From: Candidatus Krumholzibacteriia bacterium | GTDB lineage: Bacteria > Krumholzibacteriota > Krumholzibacteriia > Krumholzibacteriales > Krumholzibacteriaceae | Direction: 5' to 3' | Length of the DNA: 64,000 nucleotides | NCBI GenBank assembly: GCA_963836185.1 | Contig: CAWIIQ010000001.1 | Coordinates: 1,888,001-1,952,000 of the forward strand | Shown here: piece after piece, positions 33,001 to 41,961 of the stretch | How the letters are laid out: each line of letters begins with the position of its first letter | How positions within the stretch are numbered: position 1 is the first letter of the stretch | Notes under the pieces: generated by a model | What the model saw: only the letters and a program-made list of their open reading frames with translations | Database searches by the model: none | Told to the model about the DNA's origin: nothing | Made by a program: the position numbers and the translations under genes

Positions 33001-33183
33001 CTCCTCGATCTCTTGCGGGCCGACATTGGGGTAATCTGTGACAACGGAAATAGTGGGAAAGGTGATCTCAGGCATGAGATCGATCGACAGTCGGCTGAAC
33101 GAGACGATGCCGAGAGCGATGACCACGAGGAATATTATTGTCGTCAGAACAGGACGGTTTACCGGGCCCCTTGAGATATTCAT
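30082..33183 (-). CDS. RND efflux permease (AcrB/MdtC family)
   Basis: 1033 aa; NRPV, GMLVDNAIVVLENI, GVVVNNAILL, RLRPILMTT. Confidence 0.95.
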   Translation of the reverse strand: MNISRGPVNRPVLTTIIFLVVIALGIVSFSRLSIDLMPEITFPTISVVTDYPNVGPQEIEESVSRPIEEALAAVQGVEEITSTSTEGRSRVRVAFAWGTELDVAANDIRDRIDRVMGRLPEDIERPMIRKFDLSAFPVMYLGVSSSLNPLDLRQIVEDQVKYRLERVPGVAAVDIRGGLNREIHVDLHAAEIKALGISTDAIISALGSENRNVPAGLYDKGNLEVLVRTQGEYRTIDEIRNTVIADRDGSPIQIRDVADVVDSWEEIRQIVRIDGKPGLRISVSKQSGANTVNVAREVWAEMDRINRDMPQLKLIALIDTSRYIKQSISNMGLAILLGGILAVMILFLFLRNISSTLIIATAIPISILAAFGLMYFGGFTLNIITFGGLALGIGMLVDNAIVVLENIYRHRESGKSYVASALDGTSEVWSAILASTMTTLAVFIPVVFIRGMSGIMFRQMAYVVSFSLLCSLIVALTLIPMLASRFLRFQSAQHYKDESRVHRIYASSEALFQRVQGQYSLLLAWALDHKKTILITAGALLVISILLIRLIGVELMPATDEGEVRISLEMAVGTRLEVVDQTTRTVEEIVKKNVPEAVSVLSYVGSGGWRARGGHTAQVRITLVPRRERKRSSEQVANDLRSLLGTLPGVTCRTRAGQGLFILRMGASSESEINLEVRGYDLETAHLLAQRINEAVKAIPSVTDTRISREEGSPEQIIRIDRNKAADLSLGVSRIGDALETAVGGKRATFFREGGKQHPVIVRLSEEDRMNLAELLDLTVVNDRGEPVVLRNVVETVREEGPVRIERKDQERIIQIEVNFTGKDMGTVIEEIREQIRHIPIPKDFAILFGGDYEEQQKAFRELFVGIILAIFLVYMVMAGQFESFRDPFVVLFSIPMAIIGVVLTMILTGTTFSMQAYIGCIIMTGVVVNNAILLVHHTNQLRREGGMELVAAVRQAGSDRLRPILMTTMTTVLGLLPLAIGFGEGGEAQAPLARVVIGGLLSSSLITLVLIPVVYTIFERKRTWKKPSQRGK

Positions 33184-34346
33184 CGGTCGCTTTCCCCTCC
33201 AGGACCTGACTCTTCATCCAGCATGACCGGGCTTCCGTCGTCGAGGAGGTGCTGGCCCATGGTCACAACGCGCCCCGAAATAAGCGGTTCGATTATCTCT
33301 GTAACATCGGCTGTGACTATCCCTGTTGTTACCTTCACAAAGCGGGCGACCACCCCACCATCAGGGATGACGAACAGCACTGTCTCCCCGCCCCGCTCCA
33401 CGACAGCCGAACTCGGTACGAGCTGCGCATCGTCTTTCTCCGCCGTTGTCACCTCTATTCGAGCGAACATTCCCGGCTTGAGCATGTACGATCCGTTGTA
33501 GACCTCTACTTCCATCTCCGCCATGCGGGAGGCTTCCTGCATCATCGGCGCTACCCGTGCCACGGTCCCGGAAAAACGCGAACCCTGGAATGCATCGACC
33601 AGCACGTCTGCGGGTTGTCCCTGTTCGATGCGACCGTAATCACGCTCGGTGATCGTGGTCCGCACTATGACCGAATCGATTCCGACTACGAGGACCACGG
33701 CAGTGTTGGGCGCCAGCAGCGCGCCCTCGTCCACAAAACGCTCGCCGATAAAGCCGGCGCTCGAAGCTGTCAGACGCGTGTAGCTGAGCCTGATCCTCGA
33801 TGATTCGAGGGCTGCCTGCCGCTGCTCCACCTGGGCCAGCGCCAGCTGGTACCTGGCCTGCCGCCCCTCGAAATTAGTAACGGCAGTCTCTAGTTCAGCG
33901 GTCGTGGCCAGTTCCCTTGATTCCAGTGACTTCAACCGTTCCTTCTCCTGGCCGGCAAGCTCCAGCTGGCTGCGCGACTCGGCCATCGATGCCTCGGCGA
34001 TCCTGAGGTTTGCCTCCGATTCACGGATCGCCTGCTGATATTCAGCGTCGTCTATCTTCGCTATCAGCTCACCTGCCTGAACAGGGTCCCCTATGCGCTT
34101 GTTGATCTTTATGACCCTGCCCGATATCTTCGGGGCGAGAACGTACTGGTTGTAGGGGAATATGGTTCCTGTGAAACTGCGGACCTCCGCTATCGGCCCG
34201 AAGGTCACGGAAGCGACCTCGACCGCGACAGCGGGACGTGGACCATCTATCTGGCCTCCGCCGGTCTTTTCCATGATCAACAGCGTCAATCTGAATCCAA
34301 GAAAGACGATAACGAGACTGGCGACTATGATGAGCCATTTCTTCAT
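33180..34346 (-). CDS. RND membrane-fusion (periplasmic adaptor) protein
   Basis: N-terminal TM, ISGRV..I...GDPV..GELIA.ID, coiled coil, LKPGMFARI; overlaps the permease start. Confidence 0.92.
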   Translation of the reverse strand: MKKWLIIVASLVIVFLGFRLTLLIMEKTGGGQIDGPRPAVAVEVASVTFGPIAEVRSFTGTIFPYNQYVLAPKISGRVIKINKRIGDPVQAGELIAKIDDAEYQQAIRESEANLRIAEASMAESRSQLELAGQEKERLKSLESRELATTAELETAVTNFEGRQARYQLALAQVEQRQAALESSRIRLSYTRLTASSAGFIGERFVDEGALLAPNTAVVLVVGIDSVIVRTTITERDYGRIEQGQPADVLVDAFQGSRFSGTVARVAPMMQEASRMAEMEVEVYNGSYMLKPGMFARIEVTTAEKDDAQLVPSSAVVERGGETVLFVIPDGGVVARFVKVTTGIVTADVTEIIEPLISGRVVTMGQHLLDDGSPVMLDEESGPGGESDR

Positions 34347-34466
34347 ACGTTTTTTGACCTCAGGTAAATATTTATCCAGATTCCATCTATCGGAAAGAAT
34401 ACACAATTACTGTAGCTACAAACGCATTAGAAGGATAAAACTTGCCGGATTTTTTGATCGGCAGGT

Positions 34467-35288
34467 TCAGTGTTCAGGGTAGACTGCTTTCACTATATAG
34501 CCGCCGGAGCGCTTGTCGTGCTCGAGTTCGATCAATCCCTGGCGTTCCGCTGCCTCGAGCATCTGCTTGAATCCCCGGAAACCGAAGTAGGACTCGTTGA
34601 ATCCCGGCCTGCGCCTCTTAAGGGTCTGCTTGACCATCGATCCCCATATCTTTTCCTCATCCCCACGTTCCTCGATCAGCGCATCGACGGTTTCCACGAT
34701 AAGATCCAGCCCCTGCTGAAGCTGCTCCTCCTCTTTCTTCGCCTTGGACTTCTTCTTGTCCTTGGTCTTTGTCACCGGCGCTCGTTTGCGTGAGCGCCCC
34801 TGCCGTTCCTCTTTTCGGACGAGATCGTCGTAGAAGATGAACTCATCGCAGTTCGCGGCAAGAAGGTTGGAGGTCGAGTTTTTGACACCCACCCCGATCA
34901 CGGTCTTGTTGTTCTCCCGAAGCTTGCTGACCAGAGGCGAAAAATCGGAATCGCCTGAAAGTATGACGAAGGTATCGACATGAGGTTTGGTGTAGCAGAG
35001 ATCGAGAGCATCGACGACCATGCGGATGTCGGCGGAATTCTTGCCGGTCATCCTGACATGCGGGATCTCGATCAGTTCGAACGCCGCCTCATGCATCGGC
35101 TGCTTGAATTCCTTGTACTTCTCCCAGTCGCAGTATGCCTTCTTGACTATGATCGTGCCTTTGAGCAGCAGGCGCTCGACTACCTTGGCAATCTCGAAGT
35201 CATCGTAATTGGATTCACGGGTGCCGATCGCGATATTCTCGAAATCACAGAAAACAGCGAGGTTTGCGGTCGAAGTATTTTCCACCAT
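34467..35288 (-). CDS. NYN-domain (LabA/PIN-like) protein with C-terminal LOTUS/OST-HTH
   Basis: FCDFENI, GKNSADIRMVVD, SGDSDFSPLV, PGFNESYFGFRGF. Confidence 0.9.
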   Translation of the reverse strand: MVENTSTANLAVFCDFENIAIGTRESNYDDFEIAKVVERLLLKGTIIVKKAYCDWEKYKEFKQPMHEAAFELIEIPHVRMTGKNSADIRMVVDALDLCYTKPHVDTFVILSGDSDFSPLVSKLRENNKTVIGVGVKNSTSNLLAANCDEFIFYDDLVRKEERQGRSRKRAPVTKTKDKKKSKAKKEEEQLQQGLDLIVETVDALIEERGDEEKIWGSMVKQTLKRRRPGFNESYFGFRGFKQMLEAAERQGLIELEHDKRSGGYIVKAVYPEH

Positions 35289-35468
35289 GATATTGACTCC
35301 AGTACGTCTATCGCCGGTCCGTTCAGAATGTCACCGCGGGGGATGTCCCCGCTCTCAAGTGTCCTCATACCCTCGCCGACAGTATAGCAGTGATATCCCC
35401 CGGCGCAACCAGCACTTCTTGAAAATTCCATCATTGGATGATATTTCGGTGCTTTCTATTTAAAGCGA

Positions 35469-35500
35469 CAGGAAGCTCCCGCCCAGCCGGGAGCTTCCTG
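35469..35500 (-). terminator. Terminator hairpin after the sulfatase
   Basis: CAGGAAGCTCCCG-CCCAGC-CGGGAGCTTCCTG, a perfect 13-bp stem. Confidence 0.65.
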
Positions 35501-35537
35501 ATAAGACTATTGCCGTCACCCGGTCACTCGATCTGCA

Positions 35538-37142
35538 TCAATGCCCCGGTGGAGTCAGCTTCTCCATGACCTTATCGATCGTGAAGCTGGCCGCCTCCTG
35601 TCGCGGCGGGAACTCCTCGAACGTCGCGAGGAATTTGCCGACGTACGCCTGAGCCGGTATCAGCAGGAAGGCGTGGTCAAGGTACCAGTCCCAGTAGGTA
35701 TTCGAGGTGATGCTCGCCTTCTCGTACGGATCGGTGCGAAGGTTGAACAGCCAGGGGATCCTGGTCATTACGTATGGCTCGCCCCAGACCAGCATCGTGC
35801 CGTCAGCCCGCTGCTGAGCGAATACGACCTTCCAGTTGTCATAGCGCATAGCGGTCAGATCACCGTCATCGCTGAAATAGATGAACGACTCCCTTGGACT
35901 CTTATCCTCCTTGCCGGTAAGGTAGGGCAGCAGGTCATAGCCGTCGATATGGACCTTGAACTTCTTTTTTCCGGCCTTGAAGCCCTTCTTCAGCTTCTCA
36001 CCTATGTCCGGTTCGCCGGCTATCGCCATGAATGTGGGCAGCCAGTCCATGTGAGATACGATCTCGTTGGACACGGTACCTGCTTCGATCTTGCCCGGCC
36101 AGCGAACTATCGCCGGCACGCGGTAGGCGCCTTCCCAGTTGGAGTTCTTCTCGTTGCGGAATGGCGTCATGCCTCCATCGGGCCACGTATTCATATGCGG
36201 ACCGTTGTCGGTGCTGTAGAAGACAATCGTATTCTCACTCAAACCGAGTTCATCGAGTTTATCGAGCACCGTTCCGACGTTCTGGTCATGATCGATCATT
36301 GCATCGTGATAGGGGCTCTGCCAGCGTCCGGACTGTCCCTGGCTCTCCGGCTTGACATGCGTGCGGAAGTGCATGTGCGTGAAATTCACCCATACAAAGA
36401 AAGGTTTGCCCGATTTGTGCTGTTCCTCGATGAACTTCACAGCCCTGTCCGCCACGTCGTCGTCAATCGTTTCCATCCGTTTTTTAGTCAGGGGGCCGGT
36501 GTCCTCGATCTTCTGACTGCCATCCTCAAGTCCATAACTGTGGATGACACCCCGGGGGCCAAACCTCTTCCGGAATTCGGGATCCTTCGGATAATCAGGC
36601 AGTTCCGGCTCTTCCTCGGCGTTGAGGTGATAGAGGTTGCCATAGAATTCGTCGAATCCGTGGTTAGTGGGCAGGTGCTCGTCCTTGTCCCCAAGATGGT
36701 TTTTGCCGAACTGGCCCGTTGCGTAGCCCATCGGCTTGAGAAGTTCGGCGATCGTCGGATCCTTCTCATGCATACCGAGATCGGCACCTGGCAGCCCGAC
36801 TTTGCTCAGGCCGGTACGGAAAACGCTCTGCCCGGTGATGAATGCCGATCGGCCGGCGGTAGAGCTCTGCTCAGCGTAGTAATCGGTAAACATCATCCCT
36901 TCTCTGGCGAGACGGTCGATGTTGGGTGTCTGATACCCCATCAGCCCCCTGGTGTAGCAGCTCAGGTTGCTCTGTCCGATATCATCACCCCAGATCACGA
37001 CGATGTTCGGACTTTTCGCAGCAGGCGGGGTCTCTGCCCTCGTCTTCTGCGGCGATACGGCAATGACTGAGGCCGTGGCGAGGACCGTCCCCACTAGTGC
37101 CCAGCTGCCGGCTCTCCTTATTTTCAAAGGAGTTACTGACAT
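35538..37142 (-). CDS. Arylsulfatase (S1 family), Ser-type, exported
   Basis: PNIVVIWGDD, TPNID, motif QS-STAGR-SAFITG (TCT codon = Ser), GKNHLG, STDNGP, WEGAYRVP; N-terminal signal. Confidence 0.93.
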   Translation of the reverse strand: MSVTPLKIRRAGSWALVGTVLATASVIAVSPQKTRAETPPAAKSPNIVVIWGDDIGQSNLSCYTRGLMGYQTPNIDRLAREGMMFTDYYAEQSSTAGRSAFITGQSVFRTGLSKVGLPGADLGMHEKDPTIAELLKPMGYATGQFGKNHLGDKDEHLPTNHGFDEFYGNLYHLNAEEEPELPDYPKDPEFRKRFGPRGVIHSYGLEDGSQKIEDTGPLTKKRMETIDDDVADRAVKFIEEQHKSGKPFFVWVNFTHMHFRTHVKPESQGQSGRWQSPYHDAMIDHDQNVGTVLDKLDELGLSENTIVFYSTDNGPHMNTWPDGGMTPFRNEKNSNWEGAYRVPAIVRWPGKIEAGTVSNEIVSHMDWLPTFMAIAGEPDIGEKLKKGFKAGKKKFKVHIDGYDLLPYLTGKEDKSPRESFIYFSDDGDLTAMRYDNWKVVFAQQRADGTMLVWGEPYVMTRIPWLFNLRTDPYEKASITSNTYWDWYLDHAFLLIPAQAYVGKFLATFEEFPPRQEAASFTIDKVMEKLTPPGH

Positions 37143-37248
37143 GCATTTCCTCCTCTTCCATGAATTGTATAGAGTCTCATTATGAGTTATTGCTAATGAT
37201 TCTTCTCTGAAGCGATATTAGAGCATTTCCCAGAATTTTCAATTTCTA

Positions 37249-37998
37249 TTATTTATTTTCTATCAGGTAATCCAGGATCTTCTCCGCCAGAATGAAACTG
37301 GAGATCCGGGACAGGCCGCCGCTTCGCATCAACTGCTTCTTCAGTGAGTCGGAATCTGTCCCGTGCGCACTGGCGATCTGCGCGATACGCTCCTCGACAT
37401 CCCTGTCGTCGACATCGATTCCGTCGCGGCGGGCGACGGCGCCCAGTATAAGGAGGAGTTTAACGCGGGCAAGGGCGGCGTTCCATTCATCACTCTCCGG
37501 CTCCGCTCCCTCCAGCCCGTCAAAGAGAAGCTCCTGCCTTACAAGTTCATCGGGGACATCGAACTCTGTATGTTCGAGCAGGAATTCGGATATCTCGTCG
37601 CGCATCCCTTCATCTGAATCGGCCCCGAGGACCAGAGCGCATGTGTCGGGCAGCGTAAAATCGGGCAGTTCAGTGAACTCGGCCATAAAGCTGATCGGCC
37701 CGCCGTATTCGACCGATATCTCCATGATCCCTACCGGGCCGGTCGTTGTAATACCTTCCGCCTCCAGGGCAGCCCTCGCTATACGTCCGGCGCACCGGAT
37801 ACCGAGGTCCTCGAGGATCGGCTCCATGAATTCCTTCTCTACCATCGCTTTCGGAGCTTTGCCCGGCCTGAAACCGGGAACGGGAAGCTTTGCGTACTCG
37901 GAGAGAAGGTCCCTGTAATCGGGCTCTATCTTCTCCCACTCCGCCTCGATAAGGGCCTCTCTTCTGCCGCTTCCGATATCCTTAACCGATACCTTCAT
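37249..37998 (-). CDS. Short trigger-factor paralog (ribosome-binding N-domain and partial C-domain, no FKBP PPIase domain)
   Basis: ATG 37998 overlaps the anSME stop (ATGA); 249 aa; signature PGFRPGKAP; C-part FDVPDELVRQE...RVKLLLILGAVARRDGI. Confidence 0.8.
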   Translation of the reverse strand: MKVSVKDIGSGRREALIEAEWEKIEPDYRDLLSEYAKLPVPGFRPGKAPKAMVEKEFMEPILEDLGIRCAGRIARAALEAEGITTTGPVGIMEISVEYGGPISFMAEFTELPDFTLPDTCALVLGADSDEGMRDEISEFLLEHTEFDVPDELVRQELLFDGLEGAEPESDEWNAALARVKLLLILGAVARRDGIDVDDRDVEERIAQIASAHGTDSDSLKKQLMRSGGLSRISSFILAEKILDYLIENK

Positions 37999-39260
37999 CT
38001 GACGACTCCCTCTTTCGGCTCCCGTCCCATGTCGCGGATTATCCTCTGGACGTGCGGGTCGATATGACGGAAATACCGTTTCAATCCTGAGCAGAGGTAG
38101 TTCAACCCCCGTTCCCCCTCGGGAGTTCGGATGAACCTGTTCTTCGGGCACTCGCCGGCGCAGGCGAAGAGGTAATCGCAGCGGCGACACTGGCCGGGCA
38201 GGGATAAGTCCTTCGCAAACCCGAATCCCTCCTGCCTCTCGGACAGTACCATCCGGTCGATCGGTTCCTCGTTGATGCTGCCGAGCCTGTACTCGGGATA
38301 GACGTAATGATCGCACGAGTAGACGCTCCCGTCATGCTCGATTGCGACACCCTTCCCGCATATCGGCCCGAATATGCAGAGCGGCGATATCTGTCCCATC
38401 CACTGGGCGACGGCGGACTCGAAGAATGTCACAAAATGCCTGCCGATATCCTTTTCCCGCCAATCATCGAATATCGCGATGAGAAAATCGCCGTAATCGT
38501 CGGGGTCGACGCACCAGTCCTCGACTACCGATTCGGGAGTGCCCGGCCTCGCACGGGGGTCGTCTATGTCGGGCACGAGAAAATCGGGCCATCTCTGCGG
38601 AGCCGTGTCCCGGAATATCTTCGGCTCGACTATCGGGATAAACTGCATCCTCTCCGGGCCGACCTCGTCGCGCAGGAAACGATATACCTCGAGCGGGCGC
38701 TTTCCGGTGATCCGGTTGACGCAGCTCAGTGTGGCGTACCTCGTCTTGTGCTTCCTAAGGAGTTTCGAAGCGCGGAAGACGTCGTCGAACGACCCTCTCC
38801 CGTCCTTGTATGTGCGGTATTGGTCGTGCAGTTCCTTCGGGCCGTCGATACTCAGTCCGACGAGAAAATCGTTCTCGGCAAGAAACGAGCACCAGTCATC
38901 GTCAAGAAGGGTCCCGTTCGTCTGAAGATCGTTCTCCACCCTCATCCACGAAGGGGCGTACTTCTTCTGCAGTTCCACGACCTTCACGAGGAAGTCGAGC
39001 CCCAGCAGTGTCGGCTCCCCTCCCTGCCAGGAGAAAACGACCTCTTTGAAGTTCTGGCCCTCTATATACTGGCGTATGAACTTCTCGAGGATCTCGTCGC
39101 TCATCCTCCATTTACTATCCGTTGAGAGCAACTGTTCCTTGTGGAGGTAGAAGCAGTAGTCACAATCGAGGTTGCAGACTGGCCCGAGGGGCTTGGCCAT
39201 CGCATGCATCCTCACGACAGGCTTCCCCCTGAAAACACGTTTCTTTCTCTCTTCACCCAT
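37995..39260 (-). CDS. Anaerobic sulfatase-maturating radical SAM/SPASM enzyme (anSME)
   Basis: CNLDCDYC, WQGGEPTL, LQTNG, SIDGP; SPASM CIFGPIC..YSCDH..CRRC...CAGECPKNR..YLC. Confidence 0.95.
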   Translation of the reverse strand: MGEERKKRVFRGKPVVRMHAMAKPLGPVCNLDCDYCFYLHKEQLLSTDSKWRMSDEILEKFIRQYIEGQNFKEVVFSWQGGEPTLLGLDFLVKVVELQKKYAPSWMRVENDLQTNGTLLDDDWCSFLAENDFLVGLSIDGPKELHDQYRTYKDGRGSFDDVFRASKLLRKHKTRYATLSCVNRITGKRPLEVYRFLRDEVGPERMQFIPIVEPKIFRDTAPQRWPDFLVPDIDDPRARPGTPESVVEDWCVDPDDYGDFLIAIFDDWREKDIGRHFVTFFESAVAQWMGQISPLCIFGPICGKGVAIEHDGSVYSCDHYVYPEYRLGSINEEPIDRMVLSERQEGFGFAKDLSLPGQCRRCDYLFACAGECPKNRFIRTPEGERGLNYLCSGLKRYFRHIDPHVQRIIRDMGREPKEGVVR

Positions 39261-39554
39261 AAGATTTGCAGCGTACTCTTTCGGTGCCAAGTTGTCTAGA
39301 GCACTGTGTGGGGACAGGTCCGTACAATTCCATCAATTACGATTTCTTACAATTAATAAGAAATATCTCATTTTGTTCTTGTGTTTTCATACTGATAGGG
39401 TATACTGCTCCTGAAACGGATCGATTCGGGATACTGACCGAAATTGACGATAAACGAGACCTATCAAGTTGATCTTCTCTTTAGGGGCCTTTAAATCTTC
39501 CGAAAAAATATCTGTTTGATGCAATATTCGTTTGAGCCCTTTGAGGAGGCTGAC

Positions 39555-39845
39555 ATGAAGATCTATGTAGGAAACATGAACTTCGATACGACGGAAAGCG
39601 ATCTCAGGACCGCTTTTGAGGCGCACGGCACAGTAGATACCGTGAACATAATCACCGACAGGGACACCGGCAGAGCCAAAGGATTTGGTTTCGTCGAGAT
39701 GTCCAATGATACCGAGGCACAGGCTGCCATCGACGCCCTGAACGACAAAGAGCTGCAGGACCGTACGCTCAAGGTAAACAAGGCAAAGCCCCGTACGGAC
39801 AACCGTGGCGGCGGCGGTGGCGGATACGGCAGGGACCGCTACTAG
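39555..39845 (+). CDS. RRM RNA-binding protein with Gly-rich tail
   Basis: KIYVGN, KGFGFVEM, LKVNKAKPR, GGGGGGYGR. Confidence 0.95.
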   Translation: MKIYVGNMNFDTTESDLRTAFEAHGTVDTVNIITDRDTGRAKGFGFVEMSNDTEAQAAIDALNDKELQDRTLKVNKAKPRTDNRGGGGGGYGRDRY

Positions 39846-39901
39846 AGCTGACCCGAAAGTAACCGTGCGCTGCAGATAGGGCGGCACACCGGTAAATATA
39901 G

Positions 39902-39940
39902 AGAGGGAAGCAGGTCAAGCCGGCTTCCCTCTTTCTGTTT
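39902..39940. terminator. Probable terminator between converging RRM and MFS genes
   Basis: AGAGGGAAGC...GCTTCCCTCT followed by TTCTGTTT. Confidence 0.6.
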
Positions 39941-41112
39941 ATTGCAGTCTGGGTTTTGCCACGAATGAGACCAGAAGCAGGCCGACGAGGCTCATAGCCG
40001 CGCCGAAAGCGAATGTAGCCGAAGGTGATATCTGCTGCCAGAGGATCCCAGATATAAGGCCCCCCGGGAGAGCGGCAAGGCCGATCGTCGAGTGGAATGC
40101 TCCGAGCGATGTCGCCTTCAGATCTGGCGGGGCGAGGTCGGCGACAAAAGCCCTCTGCACCCCGTCGATCATCCCGTAGAAGATGCCGTATAGGACGAAG
40201 CATGTCAGGACCATCCACGGGGTGGCTGAAAGCAGGAGCAGGACCGATATCACCCCGAAGAAGGGATAGCAGAACATCAATATTGGTTTACGGCCTATCC
40301 GATCCGAGAGTGCACCGGCGGGGATCGAGACGATCGTATAGACTATGTAGAATATCGCATAGAAGAGTATCGCCCTCACGTCGGCCAGCCCGACGTCCTT
40401 CGCCCGCAGTAGCAGGAAGGCATATCCGAAATGTCCCAGGGTAAATACAGCCGTGGCGAAGATGTAGAGCTTGAGGTTCGCTGGCAGGGCGCGGAAACTT
40501 ATCTTCCGCTTTTTTCTCCTCTGAATGCTCTGCTTCTTTCCTGCCGTTCTTTCGCTTCTCGATGATAAGCAGGGTAAAGAAGATCGCGATGATCCCGGGA
40601 ATCACCGCTACGAGGAATAGATTCCTGAATCCAAGCAAAGGCAGGAGCAGGAAGGCGGCGACTGCGCCTAGCACCGAACCGATCCCGTCCATCGCCCTGT
40701 GAAAGCCGAAGGCCTTTCCCCTGTTCTCCTGCTCGACCGACTCCGCGACCAGGGCATCGCGCGGTGCGTTGCGAAGCCCCTTCCCTATCCTCTCGGTGAG
40801 CCTTATCCCGAGAACGCCGCCTACCGAACCGGCCACAGCGAAGAGAGGTTTTGCAAGGGCGCTGAGTGCGTACCCGGCCACGACGAACGGCTTGCGCCTG
40901 CGAAGGCGGTCCGACCATATCCCCGAGAAGGCCTTGAGGATCGATGCGATCGCCTCCGCCCCACCCTCGACGAGGCCGACCATCATCGCTCCCGCTCCGA
41001 GGACCGATGTCATATAGAGCGGCAGCAACGGAAATACCATCTGGCTGGAAAGATCGGTAAAGAGGCTGACGAGCCCGAGGAGATATACGTTCCTGAAGCG
41101 CTTGTCAGCCAT
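39939..41112 (-). CDS. MFS transporter; frameshift at the T7 run near 40512
   Basis: LGLVSLFTDLSSQM, SDRLRRRKP, ERIGKGLRNAPRDAL, GKAFGFHRAMD; second half GALSDRIGRK. Confidence 0.88.
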
Positions 41113-41960
41113 CAGCCTTTAACGCCTCCAAGCGTAAGCCCCGAGATGAGGAACTTGCTCAGGAGCAGGAAGAGTACTACGACCGGGATGCAGACGATCA
41201 CCGAGCCGGCTGCGTAGTTCGCCCACTCTGTCTGGAATGTCGAGCTGAGGCTCTCGAGGCCGAGCGGCAGCGTGTAGAGCCCCTGCTGGTTTATGATCAC
41301 CCTCGCTACGATGAACTCTGACCAGCCCGCCATGAAGCTGAACAGGGCCGTTATCACCAGCGCCGGAGCGGACAGCGGCATCGTCACCTTGATGAAGGCG
41401 CCGAACCTCGTCGTGCCGTCGATCATCGCTGCCTCCTCGAGGTCGACGGGGATCGTGTCGTAATACCCCTTCATCGTCCAGATGCAGAAAGGAAGTGCCG
41501 TCGCCGTGTAGGCGATGATGATCCCGAGAAGGGTATCGACGAGATGGAACTTCGACATGATGATATATAGCGGCAGCAGGAGCATCGTCGCGGGGAACAT
41601 CTGCGTTACGAGGATAGCGATCATCCCCTGCTTGCGCCCCTTGAAGTGGAACCTCGAGAATGCGTACCCCGCCGTCGAGGCGAGCGAGACTCCAAATATC
41701 GAGACTGCCACGGCGACGATCACCGAGTTTCTCAGCCAGGTGAAGAAGTCCTTCTCGAAGAGCACTACCCGGTACGCCTCGAAGCTTGCGTTCTCGGGGA
41801 TTATTCTCAGAGAGGTCGAGTAGAGCTCATTGGCCGGGCGGAGCGATATCCCGAATATCTGCACGATCGGATAGACGGTGATCAACGTTATCACGACGAG
41901 CAGGATATAGACGAGTGTCGTCTCTATCGTCTTCTTCGCCTTGCTGTGTTTCTTTACCAT
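41112..41960 (-). CDS. malG: Maltodextrin-type ABC permease (MalG-like)
   Basis: GYAFSRF.FKG, QMFP, EAA loop MKGYYDTIPVDLEEAAMIDG, GLTLGGVKG. Confidence 0.88.
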   Translation of the reverse strand: MVKKHSKAKKTIETTLVYILLVVITLITVYPIVQIFGISLRPANELYSTSLRIIPENASFEAYRVVLFEKDFFTWLRNSVIVAVAVSIFGVSLASTAGYAFSRFHFKGRKQGMIAILVTQMFPATMLLLPLYIIMSKFHLVDTLLGIIIAYTATALPFCIWTMKGYYDTIPVDLEEAAMIDGTTRFGAFIKVTMPLSAPALVITALFSFMAGWSEFIVARVIINQQGLYTLPLGLESLSSTFQTEWANYAAGSVIVCIPVVVLFLLLSKFLISGLTLGGVKG

Positions 41961-41961
41961 C

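Noticed and set aside
34410-34450. Possible ECF promoter (GGCAAG...TGCGTT, minus strand) upstream of the first RND operon
   Set aside because: Single copy that matches neither ECF motif found here; too weak to call.
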